From: Eledone cirrhosa
Lineage: Eukaryota
Direction: 5' to 3'
DNA length: 64,000 nt
Assembly: GCA_964016885.1 (NCBI GenBank)
Contig: OZ024742.1
Location: 348,006,001-348,070,000 of the forward strand
Under the pieces are notes generated by a model. The model saw only the letters and a list, made by a program, of their open reading frames with translations, was not told where the DNA came from and did no database searches. How positions within the stretch are numbered: position 1 is the first letter of the stretch; the number at the start of each line of letters is the position of its first letter. Made by a program: the position numbers and the translations under genes. This document shows positions 40,855 through 60,538 of the stretch, one piece after another.

Positions 40855-43800
40855 CAGTCAGACATACTGACACAGACACAGACACACACTGACATAGACA
40901 GACATACACTGACACAGACAGACACACACTGACATAGACAGACATACACTGACACAGACAGACACACACTGACACAGACACAGACACACACTGACATAGA
41001 CAGACATACACTGACACAGACAGACATACACTGACACAGACAGACATACACTGACACAGACAGACATACACAGACAGACATACACTGACACAGACAGACA
41101 TACACTGACAGACAGACATACACAGACAGACATACACAGACAGACATACACAGACAGACATACACAGACACATGCACTGACACAGACACATGCCATGCAC
41201 TGACACAGACACATAGACTGACACAGACAGACATATACAGACAGACATACACTGACAGAGACAGACATACACTGACACAGACAGACACACACTGACACAG
41301 ACACAGACACACACTGACATAGACAGACATACACTGACACAGACAGACATACACTGACACAGACAGACATACACTGACACAGACAGACATACACAGACAG
41401 ACATACACTGACACAGACAGACATACACTGACGGACAGACATACACAGACAGACATACACAGACAGACATACACAGACAGACATACACAGACACATGCAC
41501 TGACACAGACACATGCACTGACACAGACACAGACTGACACAGACAGACATATACAGACAGACATACACTGACAGAGACAGACATACAGTGACACAGACAG
41601 ACATACACTGACACAGACAGACATACACTGACACAGACAGACATACACTGACACAGACAGACATACACTGACACAGACAGACATACACAGACAGACATAC
41701 ACTGACACAGACAGACATACACTGACAGACAGACATACACTGACACAGACAGACATACACAGACAGACATACACTGACAGACAGACATACAGTGACACAG
41801 ACAGACATACACTGACACAGACAGACAGACATACACTGACACAGACATACACTGACACAGACATACACTGACACAGACAGTCAGACACTGACACAGACAG
41901 ACATACACTGACACAGATAGACATACACTGACAGACATACACACACTGACACAGACAGACATACACTGACAGACAGACAGACACTGACACAGATAGACAT
42001 ACACTGACAGACATACACACACTGACACAGACAGACATACACTGACAGACAGACATACACTGACACAGACAGACGTACACTGACACTGACAGACATACAC
42101 TGACAGACAGACAGACACTGACACAGACAGACATACACTGACATAGACAGACATACACTAACACAGACAGACATACACTGACACAGATAGACATACACTG
42201 ACAGACATACACACACTGACACAGACAGACATACACTGACAGACAGACATACAGTGACACAGACAGACATACACTGACACAGACAGACAGACACTGACAC
42301 TGCCATACATACACTGACACTGCCATACATACACTGACACTGACAGACAGACATACAGTGACACAGACAGACATACACTGACACAGACAGACATACACTG
42401 ACACAGACAGACAGACACTGACACAGACAGACAGACACTGATACAGACAGACAGACACTGACACAGACAGACAGACACTGACACAGACAGACAGACACTG
42501 ACACATACAGACAGACACTGATACAGACAGACATACACTGACTCAGACAGACACACTGACACAGACAGACAGACACTGACACATACAGACAGACACTGAC
42601 ACAGACATACACACACTGACACAGACAAACACTGACACAGACAGACATACACTGACACTGACAGACATACTGACAGACAGACATACAGTGACACAGACAG
42701 ACATACACTGACACAGACAGACATACACTGACAGAGACATACACACACTGACACAGACAGACATACACTGACAGACAGACATACACAGACACAGATATAC
42801 ACTGACACAGACAGACATACACTGACACAGACATACACTGACACAGACATACAGTGACACAGACAGACATACACTGACACAGACAGACATACACTGATAC
42901 AGACATACACTGACACAGACAGACATACACTGACACAGACAGACATACACTAACAGACAGACATACACTGACACAGACAGACATACACTGACACAGACAG
43001 ACATACACTGACACAGACAGACATACACTGACAGACAGACATACACAGACACAGATATACACTGACACAGACAGACATACACTGACACAGACATACACTG
43101 ACACAGACATACAGTGACACAGACAGACATACACTGACACAGACAGACATACACTGATACAGACATACACTAACACAGACAGACATACACTGACACAGAC
43201 AGACATACACTGACAGACAGACATACACTGACACAGACAGACATACACTGACAGAGACATACATACACTGACAGACAGACATACACTGACACAGACAGAC
43301 ATACACTGACACAGACAGACATACACTGACAGAGACAGACATACACTGACAGAGACAGACATACACTGACACAGACAGACATACACTGACACAGACAGAC
43401 ATACACTGACACAGACATACACTGACACAGACAGACATACACTGACACAGACAGACATACACTGACACAGACAGACATACACTGACACAGACAGATATAC
43501 ACTGACACAGACAGACATACACTGACACAGACAGACATACAGTGACACAGACAGATAAACACAGATACATACACTGACACAGACAGACATACACTGACAC
43601 AGACAGTCATACACTGACACAGACAGACATACACTGACACAGACAGTCATACACTGACACAGACAGACATACATTGACACAGACAGACATACACTAACAC
43701 AGACACACACACTGACACAGACAGACACACAGTGACACAGATAGACATACACTGACACAGACAGACATACACTGACACAGACAGATATACACTGACACAG

Positions 43801-46800
43801 ACAGACATACACTGACACAGACAGACATACAGTGACACAGACAGATAAACACAGATACATACACTGACACAGACAGACATACACTGACACAGACAGTCAT
43901 ACACTGACACAGACAGACATACATTGACACAGACAGACATACACTAACACAGACACACACACTGACACAGACAGACACACAGTGACACAGATAGACATAC
44001 ACTGACACAGACAGACATACACTGACCCAGACAGACATACACTGACCCAGACAGACATACACTGACACTGACAGACATACACTAACACAGACAGACATAC
44101 ACTGACACACACAGACATACACAGACAGACATACACTGACACAGACAGACATACACTGACACAGACAGACATACACTGACACAGACAGACATACACTGAC
44201 CCAGACAGACATACACTGACAGAGACAGACGTACACTGACACAGACAGACGTACACTGACCCAGACAGACATACACTGACACAGACAGACGTACACTGAC
44301 CCAGACAGACGTACACTGACACAGACAGACATACACTGACACAGACAGACGTACACTGACACAGACAGACATACACTGACACAGACAGACGTACACTGAC
44401 ACAGACAGACATACACTGACACTGACAGACATACACTGACACTGACAGACATACACTGACACAGACAGACACTGACACAGACAGACAGACACTGACACAG
44501 ACGGACATACACTGACACTGACAGACATACACTGACACAGACAGACACTGACACAGACATACATACACTGACACAGACAGACATACACTGACACAGACAG
44601 ACGTACACTGACACAGACAGACATACACTGACACAGACAGACATACACTGACACAGACAGACGTACACTGACCCAGACAGACATACACTGACCCAGACAG
44701 ACGTACACTGACCCAGACAGACGTACACTGACACAGACAGACATACACTGACACAGACAGACGTACACTGACACAGACAGACGTACACTGACACAGACAG
44801 ACATACACTGACACAGACAGACGTACACTGACACAGACAGACACTGACACAGACAGACAGACGCTGACACAGACGGACATACACTGACACTGACAGACAT
44901 ACACTGACACTGACAGACGTACACTGACACAGACAGACGTACACTGACACAGACAGACGTACACTGACACAGACAGACGTACACTGACACAGACAGACAT
45001 ACACTGACCCAGACAGACGTACACTGACACAGACAGACGTATACTGACACAGACAGACATACACTGACACAGACAGACGTACACTGACACAGACAGACAT
45101 ACACTGACACAGACAGACGTACACTGACACAGACAGACATACACTGACACAGACGGACGTACACTGACCCAGACAGACGTACACTGACACAGACAGACAT
45201 ACACTGACACAGACAGACGTACACTGACACACAGACATACACTGACACAGACAGACGTACACTGACACAGACAGACATACACTGACACAGACAGACGTAC
45301 ACTGACACAGACAGACATACACTGACACAGACAGACGTACACTGACACAGACAGACATACACTGACACAGACAGACGTACACTGACACAGACAGACATAC
45401 ACTGACACAGACAGACGTACACTGACACAGACAGACATACACTGACACAGACAGACGTACGCTGACACATACAGACATACACTGACAGACAGACATACAC
45501 TGACACTGACAGACATACACTGACACAGACAGACGTACACTGACACAGACAGACATACACTGACACAGACAGACGTACACTGACACAGATAGACATACAC
45601 TGACAGACAGACATACACTGACACTGACAGACATACACTGACACAGACAGACAGACACTGACACAGACGGACATACACTGACTACTGACAGACATACACT
45701 GACACAGACAGACGTACACTGACACAGACAGACATACACTGACCCAGACAGACATACACTGACACAGACAGACATACACTGACACAGACAGACATACACT
45801 GACACAGACAGACGTACACTGACACAGACAGACATACACTGACACAGACAGACATACACTGACCCAGACAGACATACACTGACCCAGACAGACGTACACT
45901 GACCCAGACAGACGTACACTGACCCAGACAGACGTACACTGACCCAGACAGACGTACACTGACACAGACAGACGTACACTGACACAGACAGACGTACACT
46001 GACACAGACAGACATACACTGACACAGACAGACGTACACTGACACAGACAGACATACACTGACACTGACAGACATACACTGACACAGACAGACACTGACA
46101 CAGACAGACAGACGCTGACACAGACGGACATACACTGACACTGACAGACATACACTGACACTGACAGACGTACACTGACACAGACAGACGTACACTGACA
46201 CAGACAGACGTACACTGACACAGACAGACATACACTGACACAGACAGACGTACACTGACACAGACAGACATACACTGACAGACAGACATACACTGACACT
46301 GACAGACATACACTGACACAGACAGACGTACACTGACACAGACAGACATACACTGACACAGACAGACGTACACTGACACAGACAGACATACACTGACAGA
46401 CAGACATACACTGACACTGACAGACATACACTGACACAGACAGACGTACACTCACACAGACAGACGTACACTGACACAGACAGACGTACACTGACACAGA
46501 CAGACAGACACTGACAGAGACAGACATACACTGACACAGACAGACATACACAGACAGACATACACTGACACAGACAGACGTACACTGAGACAGGCAGATG
46601 TACACTGACACAGACAGACAGACACTGACAGAGACAGACATACACTGACACAGACAGACATACACTGACACTGACAGACATACACTGACACTGACAGACA
46701 TACACTGACACAGACAGACATACACTGACACAGACAGACATACACTGACACAGACAGACATACACTGACACTGACAGACATACACTGACACAGACAGACG

Positions 46801-49800
46801 TACACTGACACAGACAGACATACACTGACACAGACAGACATACACTGACACACATACACTGACACAGACAGACATACACTGACACAGACAGACATACTCT
46901 GGCAGAGACAGACATACAGTGACACAGACATACATACAGTGACACAGACAGACATACACTGACAGACATACACTGACACAGACAGACATACACTGACACA
47001 GACAGACATACACTGACACAGACAGACATACACTGACACAGACAGACATACACTGGCAGAGACAGACATACAGTGACACAGACATACAGTGACACAGACA
47101 GACATACAGTGACACAGACAGACATACACAGACACAGACAGACATACACTGACACAGACAGACATACACTGACACAGACAGACATACACTGACACTGACA
47201 GACATACACTGACACAGACATACACAGACACATACACTGACACAGACAGACATACACTGACACAGACACACACACTGACACAGACAGACACACAGTGACA
47301 CAGATAGACATACACTGACACAGACAGACATACACTGACCCAGACAGACATACACTGACACTGACAGACATACACTGACACAGACAGACATACACTGACA
47401 CAGACAGACATACACTGACACAGACAGACATACACTGACACAGACATACATACACTGACACAGACATACATACACTGACACTGACAGACATACACTGACA
47501 CTGACAGACATACACTGACACTGACAGACATACACTGACACAGACAGACACTGACACAGACAGACAGACACTGACACAGACGGACATACACTGACACTGA
47601 CAGACATACACTGACACAGACAGACGTACACTGACACAGACAGACGTACACTCACACAGACAGACATACACTGACACAGACAAACATACACTGACACAGA
47701 CAAACATACACTGACACAAACAGACATACACTGACACAGAAAGACATACACTGACACAGAGAGACGTACACTGACACAGACAGACGTACACTGACACAGA
47801 CAGACGTACACTGACACAGACAGACGTACACTGACACAGACAGACGTACACTGACACAGACAGACATACACTGACACTGACAGACATACTGACAGACAGA
47901 CATACAGTGACACAGACAGACATACACTGACACAGACAGACATACACTGACAGAGACATACACACACTGACACAGACAGACATACACTGACAGACAGACA
48001 TACACAGACACAGATATACACTGACACAGACAGACATACACTGACACAGACATACACTGACACAGACATACAGTGACACAGACAGACATACACTGACACA
48101 GACAGACATACACTGATACAGACATACACTGACACAGACAGACATACACTGACACAGACAGACATACACTAACAGACAGACATACACTGACACAGACAGA
48201 CATACACTGACACAGACAGACATACACTGACACAGACAGACATACACTGACAGACAGACATACACTGACAGACAGACATACACAGACACAGATATACACT
48301 GACACAGACAGACATACACTGACACAGACATACACTGACACAGACATACAGTGACACAGACAGACATACACTGACACAGACAGACATACACTGATACAGA
48401 CATACACTAACACAGACAGACATACACTGACACAGACAGACATACACTGACAGACAGACATACACTGACACAGACAGACATACACTGACAGAGACATACA
48501 TACACTGACAGACAGACATACACTGACACAGACAGACATACACTGACACAGACAGACATACACTGACAGAGACAGACATACACTGACAGAGACAGACATA
48601 CACTGACACAGACAGACATACACTGACACAGACAGACATACACTGACACAGACAGATATACACTGACACAGACAGACATACACTGACACAGACAGACATA
48701 CACTGACACAGACAGACATACACTGACACAGACAGACATACACTGACACAGACAGATATACACTGACACAGACAGACATACACTGACACAGACAGACATA
48801 CAGTGACACAGACAGATAAACACAGATACATACACTGACACAGACAGACATACACTGACACAGACAGTCATACACTGACACAGACAGACATACATTGACA
48901 CAGACAGACATACACTAACACAGACACACACACTGACACAGACAGACACACAGTGACACAGATAGACATACACTGACACAGACAGACATACACTGACACA
49001 GACAGATATACACTGACACAGACAGACATACACTGACACAGACAGACATACAGTGACACAGACAGTCATACACTGACACAGACAGACATACATTGACACA
49101 GACAGACATACACTAACACAGACACACACACTGACACAGACAGACACACAGTGAGACAGATAGACATACACTGACACAGACAGACATACACTGACCCAGA
49201 CAGACATACACTGACCCAGGCAGACATACACTGACACTGACAGACATACACTAACACAGACAGACATACACTGACACACACAGACATACACTGACACAGA
49301 CAGACATACACTGACACAGACAGACATACACTGACACAGACAGACATACACTGACACAGACAGACATACACTGACCCAGACAGACATACACTGACAGAGA
49401 CAGACGTACACTGACACAGACAGACGTACACTGACCCAGACAGACATACACTGACACAGACAGACGTACACTGACCCAGACAGACGTACACTGACACAGA
49501 CAGACATACACTGACACAGACAGACGTACACTGACACAGACAGACATACACTGACACAGACAGACGTACACTGACACAGACAGACATACACTGACACTGA
49601 CAGACATACACTGACACTGACAGACATACACTGACACAGACAGACACTGACACAGACAGACAGACACTGACACAGACGGACATACACTGACACTGACAGA
49701 CATACACTGACACAGACAGACACTGACACAGACATACATACACTGACACAGACAGACATACACTGACACAGACAGATGTACACTGACACAGACAGACATA

Positions 49801-52800
49801 CACTGACACAGACAGACATACACTGACACAGACAGACGTACACTGACCCAGACAGACATACACTGACCCAGACAGACGTACACTGACCCAGACAGACGTA
49901 CACTGACACAGACAGACATACACTGACACAGACAGACGTACACTGACACAGACAGACGTACACTGACACAGACAGACATACACTGACACAGACAGACGTA
50001 CACTGACACAGACAGACATACACTGACACTGACAGACATACACTGACACAGACAGACACTGACACAGACAGACAGACGCTGACACAGACGGACATACACT
50101 GACACTGACAGACATACACTGACACTGACAGACGTACACTGACACAGACAGACGTACACTGACACAGACAGACGTACACTGACACAGACAGACGTACACT
50201 GACACAGACAGACATACACTGACCCAGACAGACGTACACTGACACAGACAGACGTATACTGACACAGACAGACATACACTGACACAGACAGACGTACACT
50301 GACACAGACAGACATACACTGACACAGACAGACGTACACTGACACAGACAGACATACACTGACACAGACGGACGTACACTGACCCAGACAGACGTACACT
50401 GACACAGACAGAGATACACTGACACAGACAGACGTACACTGACACACAGACATACACTGACACAGACAGACGTACACTGACACAGACAGACATACACTGA
50501 CACAGACAGACGTACACTGACACAGACAGACATACACTGACACAGACAGACGTACACTGACACAGACAGACATACACTGACACAGACAGACGTACACTGA
50601 CACAGACAGACATACACTGACACAGACAGACGTACACTGACACAGACAGACATACACTGACACAGACAGACGTACGCTGACACATACAGACATACACTGA
50701 CAGACAGACATACACTGACACTGACAGACATACACTGACACAGACAGACGTACACTGACACAGACAGACATACACTGACACAGACAGACGTACACTGACA
50801 CAGATAGACATACACTGACAGACAGACATACACTGACACTGACAGACATACACTGACACAGACAGACAGACACTGACACAGACGGACATACACTGACTAC
50901 TGACAGACATACACTGACACAGACAGACGTACACTGACACAGACAGACATACACTGACCCAGACAGACATCCACTGACACAGACAGACATACACTGACAC
51001 AGACAGACATACACTGACACAGACAGACGTACACTGACACAGACAGACATACACTGACACAGACAGACATACACTGACACAGACAGACGTACACTGACCC
51101 AGACAGACATACACTGACCCAGACAGACGTACACTGACCCAGACAGACGTACACTGACACAGACAGACATACACTGACACAGACAGACGTACACTGACAC
51201 AGACAGACGTACACTGACACAGACAGACATACACTGACACAGACAGACGTACACTGACACAGACAGACATACACTGACACTGACAGACATACACTGACAC
51301 AGACAGACACTGACACAGACAGACAGACGCTGACACAGACGGACATACACTGACACTGACAGACATACACTGACACTGACAGACGTACACTGACACAGAC
51401 AGACGTACACTGACACAGACAGACGTACACTGACACAGACAGACATACACTGACACAGACAGACGTACACTGACACAGACAGACATACACTGACAGACAG
51501 ACATACACTGACACTGACAGACATACACTGACACAGACAGACGTACACTGACACAGACAGACATACACTGACACAGACAGACGTACACTGACACAGACAG
51601 ACATACACTGACAGACAGACATACACTGACACTGACAGACATACACTGACACAGACAGACGTACACTGACACAGACAGACGTACACTGACACAGACAGAC
51701 GTACACTGACACAGACAGACAGACACTGACAGAGACAGACATACACTGACACAGACAGACATACACAGACAGACATACACTGACACAGACAGACGTACAC
51801 TGAGACAGACAGATGTACACTGACACAGACAGACAGACACTGACAGAGACAGACATACACTGACACAGACAGACATACACTGACACAGACAGACATACAC
51901 TGACACTGACAGACATACACTGACACAGACAGACGTACACTGACACAGACAGACATACACTGACACAGACAGACATACACTGACACACATACACTGACAC
52001 AGACAGACATACACTGACACAGACAGACATACTCTGGCAGAGACAGACATACAGTGACACAGACATACATACAGTGACACAGACAGACATACACTGACAG
52101 ACATACACTGACAGACATACACTGACACAGACAGACATACACTGACACAGACAGACATACACTGGCAGAGACAGACATACAGTGACACAGACATACAGTG
52201 ACACAGACAGACATACAGTGACACAGACAGACATACACAGACACAGACAGACATACACTGACACAGACAGACATACACTGACACAGACAGACATACACTG
52301 ACACTGACAGACATACACTGACACAGACAGATATACACTGACACAGACAGACATACACTGACACAGACACACACACTGACACAGACAGACACAGTGACAC
52401 AGATAGACATACACTGACACAGACAGACATACACTGACCCAGACAGACATACACTGACACTGACAGACATACACTGACACAGACAGACATACACTGACAC
52501 AGACAGACATACACTGACACAGACAGACATACACTGACACAGACAGACATACACTGACACAGACAGACATACACTGACACAGACAGACATATACTGACCC
52601 AGACAGACATACACTGACCCAGACAGACATACACTGACCCAGACAGACATACACTGACAGAGACAGACATACACTGACACAGACATACATACACTGACAC
52701 AGACATACATACACTGACACAGACATACATACACTGACACTGACAGACATACACTGACACTGACAGACATACACTGACACTGACAGACATACACTGACAC

Positions 52801-55800
52801 AGACAGACACTGACACAGACAGACAGACACTGACACAGACGGACATACACTGACACTGACAGACATACACTGACACAGACAGACGTACACTGACACAGAC
52901 AGACGTACACTCACACAGACAGACATACACTGACACAGACAAACATACACTGACACAGACAAACATACACTGACACAAACAGACATACACTGACACAGAA
53001 AGACATACACTGACACAGAGAGACGTACACTGACACAGACAGACATACACTGACACAGACAGACGTACACTGACACAGACAGACGTACACTGACACAGAC
53101 AGACGTACACTGACACAGACAGACATACACTGACACAGACAGACATACACTGACACTGACAGACATACACAGACAGACATACACTGACACAGACAGACGT
53201 ACACTGACACAGACAGATGTACACTGACACAGACAGACACTGACAGAGACAGACATACACTGATACAGACAGACATACACTGACACTGACAGACATACAC
53301 TGACACAGACAGACATACACTGACACAGACAGACATACACTGACACAGACAGACATACACTGACACTGACAGACATACACTGACACAGACAGACGTACAC
53401 TGACACAGACAGACATACACTGACACAGACAGACATACACTGACACACATACACTGACACAGACAGACATACACTGACACAGACAGACATACACTGGCAG
53501 AGACAGACATACAGTGACACAGACATACATACAGTGACACAGACAGACATACACTGACACAGACAGACATACACTGACACAGACAGACATACACTGACAC
53601 AGACAGACATACACTGGCAGAGACAGACATACAGTGACACAGACATACAGTGACACAGACAGACATACAGTGACACAGACAGACATACACAGACACAGAC
53701 AGACATACACTGACACAGACAGACATACACTGACACTGACAGACATACACTGACACAGACAGACATACACTGACACAGACAGACATACACTGACACAGAC
53801 AGACATACACTGACACAGACAGACATACACTGACACAGACAGACATACACTGACACAGACAGACATACACTGACCCAGACAGACATACACTGACCCAGAC
53901 AGACATACACTGACCCAGACAGACATACACTGACACAGACATACACAGACACATACACTGACACATACAGTCATACACTGACACAGACAGACATACACTG
54001 ACACAGACACACACACTGACACAGACAGACACACAGTGACACAGATAGACATACACTGACACAGACAGACATACACTGACCCAGACAGACATACACTGAC
54101 ACTGACAGACATACACTGACACAGACAGACATACACTGACACAGACAGACATACACTGACACAGACAGACATACACTGACACAGACAGACATACACTGAC
54201 ACAGACAGACATACACTGACCCAGACAGACATACACTGACACAGACATACACAGACACATACACTGACACATACAGTCATACACTGACACAGACAGACGT
54301 ACACTGACACAGACACACACACTGACACAGACAGACACACAGTGACACAGATAGACATACACTGACACAGACAGACATACACTGACCCAGACAGACATAC
54401 ACTGACACTGACAGACATACACTGGCACAGACAGACATACACTGACACAGACAGACATACACTGACACAGACAGACATACACTGACACAGACAGACATAC
54501 ACTGACACAGACAGACATACACTGACACAGACAGACATACACTGACCCAGACAGACATACACTGACCCAGACAGACATACACTGTCAGACAGACATACAC
54601 TGACAGAGACAGACATACACTGACACAGACAGACATACACTGACACAGACATACATACACTGACACAGACATACATACACTGACACAGACAGACGTACAC
54701 TGACACAGACAGACATACACTGACACTGACATACATACACTGACACAGACAGACACTGACACAGACAGACAGACGCTGACACAGACAGACATACACTGAC
54801 ACTGACAGACATACACTGACACTGACAGACGTACACTGACACAGACAGACGTACACTGACACAGACAGACGTACACTGACACAGACAGACGTACATTGAC
54901 ACAGACAGACATACACTGACAGACAGACATACACTGACACTGACAGACATACACTGACACAGACAGACGTACACTGACACAGACAGATATACACTGACAC
55001 AGACAGACGTACACTGACACAGACAGACATACACTGACAGACAGACATACACTGACACTGACAGACATACACTGACACAGACAGACGTACACTCACACAG
55101 ACAGACGTACACTCACACAGACAGACGTACAGTGACACAGACAGACAGACACTGACAGAGACAGACATACACTGACACAGACAGACATACACAGACAGAC
55201 ATACACTGACACAGACAGACGTACACTGAGACAGACAGATGTACACTGACACAGACAGACAGACACTGACAGAGACAGACATACACTGACACAGACAGAC
55301 ATACACTGACACTGACAGACATACACTGACACTGACAGACATACACTGACACAGACAGACATACACTGACACAGACAGACATACACTGACACAGACAGAC
55401 ATACACTGACACTGACAGACATACACTGACACAGACAGACGTACACTGACACAGACAGACATACACTGACACAGACAGACATACACTGACACACATACAC
55501 TGACACAGACAGACATACACTGACCCAGACAGACATACACTGACCCAGACAGACATACACTGTCAGACAGACATACACTGACAGAGACAGACATACACTG
55601 ACACAGACAGACATACACTGACACAGACATACATACACTGACACAGACATACATACACTGACACAGACAGACGTACACTGACACAGACAGACATACACTG
55701 ACACTGACATACATACACTGACACAGACAGACACTGACACAGACAGACAGACGCTGACACAGACAGACATACACTGACACTGACAGACATACACTGACAC

Positions 55801-58800
55801 TGACAGACGTACACTGACACAGACAGACGTACACTGACACAGACAGACGTACACTGACACAGACAGACATACACTGACACAGACAGACGTACACTGACAC
55901 AGACAGACATACACTGACAGACAGACATACACTGACACTGACAGACATACACTGACACAGACAGACGTACACTGACACAGACAGATATACACTGACACAG
56001 ACAGACGTACACTGACACAGACAGACATACACTGACAGACAGACATACACTGACACTGACAGACATACACTGACACAGACAGACGTACACTCACACAGAC
56101 AGACGTACACTGACACAGACAGACGTACAGTGACACAGACAGACAGACACTGACAGAGACAGACATACACTGACACAGACAGACATACACAGACAGACAT
56201 ACACTGACACAGACAGACGTACACTGAGACAGACAGATGTACACTGACACAGACAGACAGACACTGACAGAGACAGACATACACTGACACAGACAGACAT
56301 ACACTGACAGACATACACTGACACTGACAGACATACACTGACACAGACAGACATACACTGACACAGACAGACATACACTGACACAGACAGACATACACTG
56401 ACACTGACAGACATACACTGACACAGACAGACGTACACTGACACAGACAGACATACACTGACACAGACAGACATACACTGACACACATACACTGACACAG
56501 ACAGACATACACTGACACAGACAGACATACTCTGGCAGAGACAGACATACAGTGACACAGACATACATACAGTGACACAGACAGACATACACTGACAGAC
56601 ATACACTGACACAGACAGACATACACAGACACAGACAGACATACACTGACACAGACAGACATACACTGACACAGACAGACATACACTGACACAGACACAC
56701 ACACTGACACAGACAGACACACAGTGACACAGATAGACATACACTGACACAGACAGACATACACTGACCCAGACAGACATACACTGACACTGACAGACAT
56801 ACACTGACACAGACAGACATACACTGACACAGACAGACATACACTGACACAGACAGACATACACTGACACAGACAGACATACACTGACACAGACAGACAT
56901 ATACTGACCCAGACAGACTTACACTGACCCAGACAGACATACACTGACCCAGACAGACATACACTGACAGAGACAGACATACACTGACACAGACATACAT
57001 ACACTGACACAGACATACATACACTGACACAGACATACATACACTGACACTGACAGACATACACTGACACTGACAGACATACACTGACACTGACAGACAT
57101 ACACTGACACAGACAGACACTGACACAGACAGACAGACACTGACACAGACGGACATACACTGACACTGACAGACATACACTGACACAGACAGACGTACAC
57201 TGACACAGACAGACGTACACTCACACAGACAGACATACACTGACACAGACAAACATACACTGACACAGACAAACATACACTGACACAAACAGACATACAC
57301 TGACACAGAAAGACATACACTGACACAGAGAGACGTACACTGACACAGACAGACATACACTGACACAGACAGACGTACACTGACACAGACAGACGTACAC
57401 TGATACAGACAGACGTACACTGACACAGACAGACATACACTGACAGAGACAGACATACACTGACACAGACAGACATACACAGACAGACATACACTGACAC
57501 AGACAGACGTACACTGACACAGACAGATGTACACTGACACAGACAGACACTGACAGAGACAGACATACACTGATACAGACAGACATACACTGACACTGAC
57601 AGACATACACTGACACAGACAGACATACACTGACACAGACAGACATACACTGACACAGACAGACATACACTGACACTGACAGACATACACTGACACAGAC
57701 AGACGTACACTGACACAGACAGACATACACTGACACAGACAGACATACACTGACACACATACACTGACACAGACAGACATACACTGACACAGACAGACAT
57801 ACACTGGCAGAGACAGACATACAGTGACACAGACATACATACAGTGACACAGACAGACATACACTGACACAGACAGACATACACTGACACAGACAGACAT
57901 ACACTGACACAGACAGACATACACTGGCAGAGACAGACATACAGTGACACAGACATACAGTGACACAGACAGACATACAGTGACACAGACAGACATACAC
58001 AGACACAGACAGACATACACTGACACAGACAGACATACACTGACACTGACAGACATACACTGACACAGACAGACATACACTGACACAGACAGACATACAC
58101 TGACACAGACAGACATACACTGACACAGACAGACATACACTGACACAGACAGACATACACTGACACAGACAGACATACACTGACCCAGACAGACATACAC
58201 TGACCCAGACAGACATACACTGACCCAGACAGACATACACTGACACAGACATACACAGACACATACACTGACACATACAGTCATACACTGACACAGACAG
58301 ACATACACTGACACAGACACACACACTGACACAGACAGACACACAGTGACACAGATAGACATACACTGACACAGACAGACATACACTGACCCAGACAGAC
58401 ATACACTGACACTGACAGACATACACTGACACAGACAGACATACACTGACACAGACAGACATACACTGACACAGACAGACATACACTGACACAGACAGAC
58501 ATACACTGACACAGACAGACATACACTGACCCAGACAGACATACACTGACACAGACATACACAGACACATACACTGACACATACAGTCATACACTGACAC
58601 AGACAGACATACACTGACACAGACACACACACTGACACAGACAGACACACAGTGACACAGATAGACATACACTGACACAGACAGACATACACTGACCCAG
58701 ACAGACATACACTGACACTGACAGACATACATACACTGACACTGACAGACATACACTGACACAGACAGACATACACTGACACAGACAGACATACACTGAC

Positions 58801-60538
58801 ACAGACAGACATACACTGACACAGACAGACATACACTGACACAGACAGACATACACTGACACAGACAGACATACACTGACCCAGACAGACATACACTGAC
58901 CCAGACAGACATACACTGACCCAGACAGACATACACTGACAGAGACAGACATACACTGACACAGACAGACATACACTGACACAGACATACATACACTGAC
59001 ACAGACATACATACACTGACACAGACATACATACACTGACACTGACAGACATACACTGACACAGACAGACGTACACTCACACAGATAGACGTACAATGAC
59101 ACAGACAGACATACACTGACACAGACAGACATACACTGACACAGACAGACATACACTGACATAGACAGACATACACTGACACAGACAGACATACACTGAC
59201 ACAGACAGACGTACACTGACACAGACAGACATACACTGACACAGACAGACACACACTGACACAGACAGACATACACTGACACAGACAGACATACACTCAC
59301 ACAGACAGACGTACACTGAGACAGTCAGACATACACTGACACAGACAGACATACACTGACACAGACAAACATACACTGACACAGACAGACATACACTGAC
59401 ACAGACAGACATACACTGACACAGACAGACATACACAGACAGACATACACTGACACAGACATACACTGACACTGACAGACATACACTGACACTGACAGAC
59501 ATACACTGACACAGACAGACGTACACTCACACAGACAGACGTACACTGACACAGACAGACATACACTAAAACAGACACAGACAGACATACACAGACAGAC
59601 ATACACTGACACAGACATACACTGACACTGACAGACGTACATTGACACAGATAGACATACACTGACACAGACAGACATACACTGACACAGACAGACATAC
59701 ACTGACACAGACAGACATACACTGACACAGACAGACATACACTGACACAGACAGACATACACTGACACAGACAGACATACACTGACACAGATAGACGTAC
59801 ACTGACACAGACAGACACACTGACAGACATACACTGACACAGACAGACATACACTGACCCAGACAGACATACACTGACCCAGACAGACATACACTGACCC
59901 AGACAGACATACACAGACAGACATACACTGACACAGACAGACATACACTGACAGAGACAGACATACACTGACAGACAGACATACACAGACAGACATACAC
60001 AGACAGACATACACAGACACAGACATACTGACACAGACAGACATACTGACACAGACATACACTGGCACAGACATACTGACACAGACAGACATACTGACAC
60101 AGACAGACATACACTGACACAGACAGACATACACTGACACAGACAGACATACACTGACACAGACAGACATACACTGACACAGACAGACATACACTGACAC
60201 AGACACAGACATACACAGACACAGACATACTGTGACACAGACATACAGTGACACAGACATACACAGACAGACATACAGTGACACACAGACATACAGTGAC
60301 ACAGACAGACATACACTGACTCAGACAGACATACACTGACACAGACAGACATACACAGACAGACATACACTGACACAGACAGACATACACTGACACAGAC
60401 AGACATACACAGACAGACATACACTGACACAGACAGACATACACAGACAGACATACACTGACACAGACAGACATACACAGACATACACAGACAGACATAC
60501 ACTGACACAGACAGACATACACAGACATACACAGACAG
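40855..60538. repeat. ~19.7 kb satellite of the 20-bp monomer ACACTGACACAGACAGACAT, with higher-order structure
   Basis: Roughly a thousand monomers and variants (…GACGT, …GACCCAG, 16-mer forms). Rare variants recur at fixed kb spacings. Confidence 0.97.

Noticed and set aside
40855-60538. CRISPR-like array
   Set aside because: No unique spacers, no cas genes, eukaryotic context.
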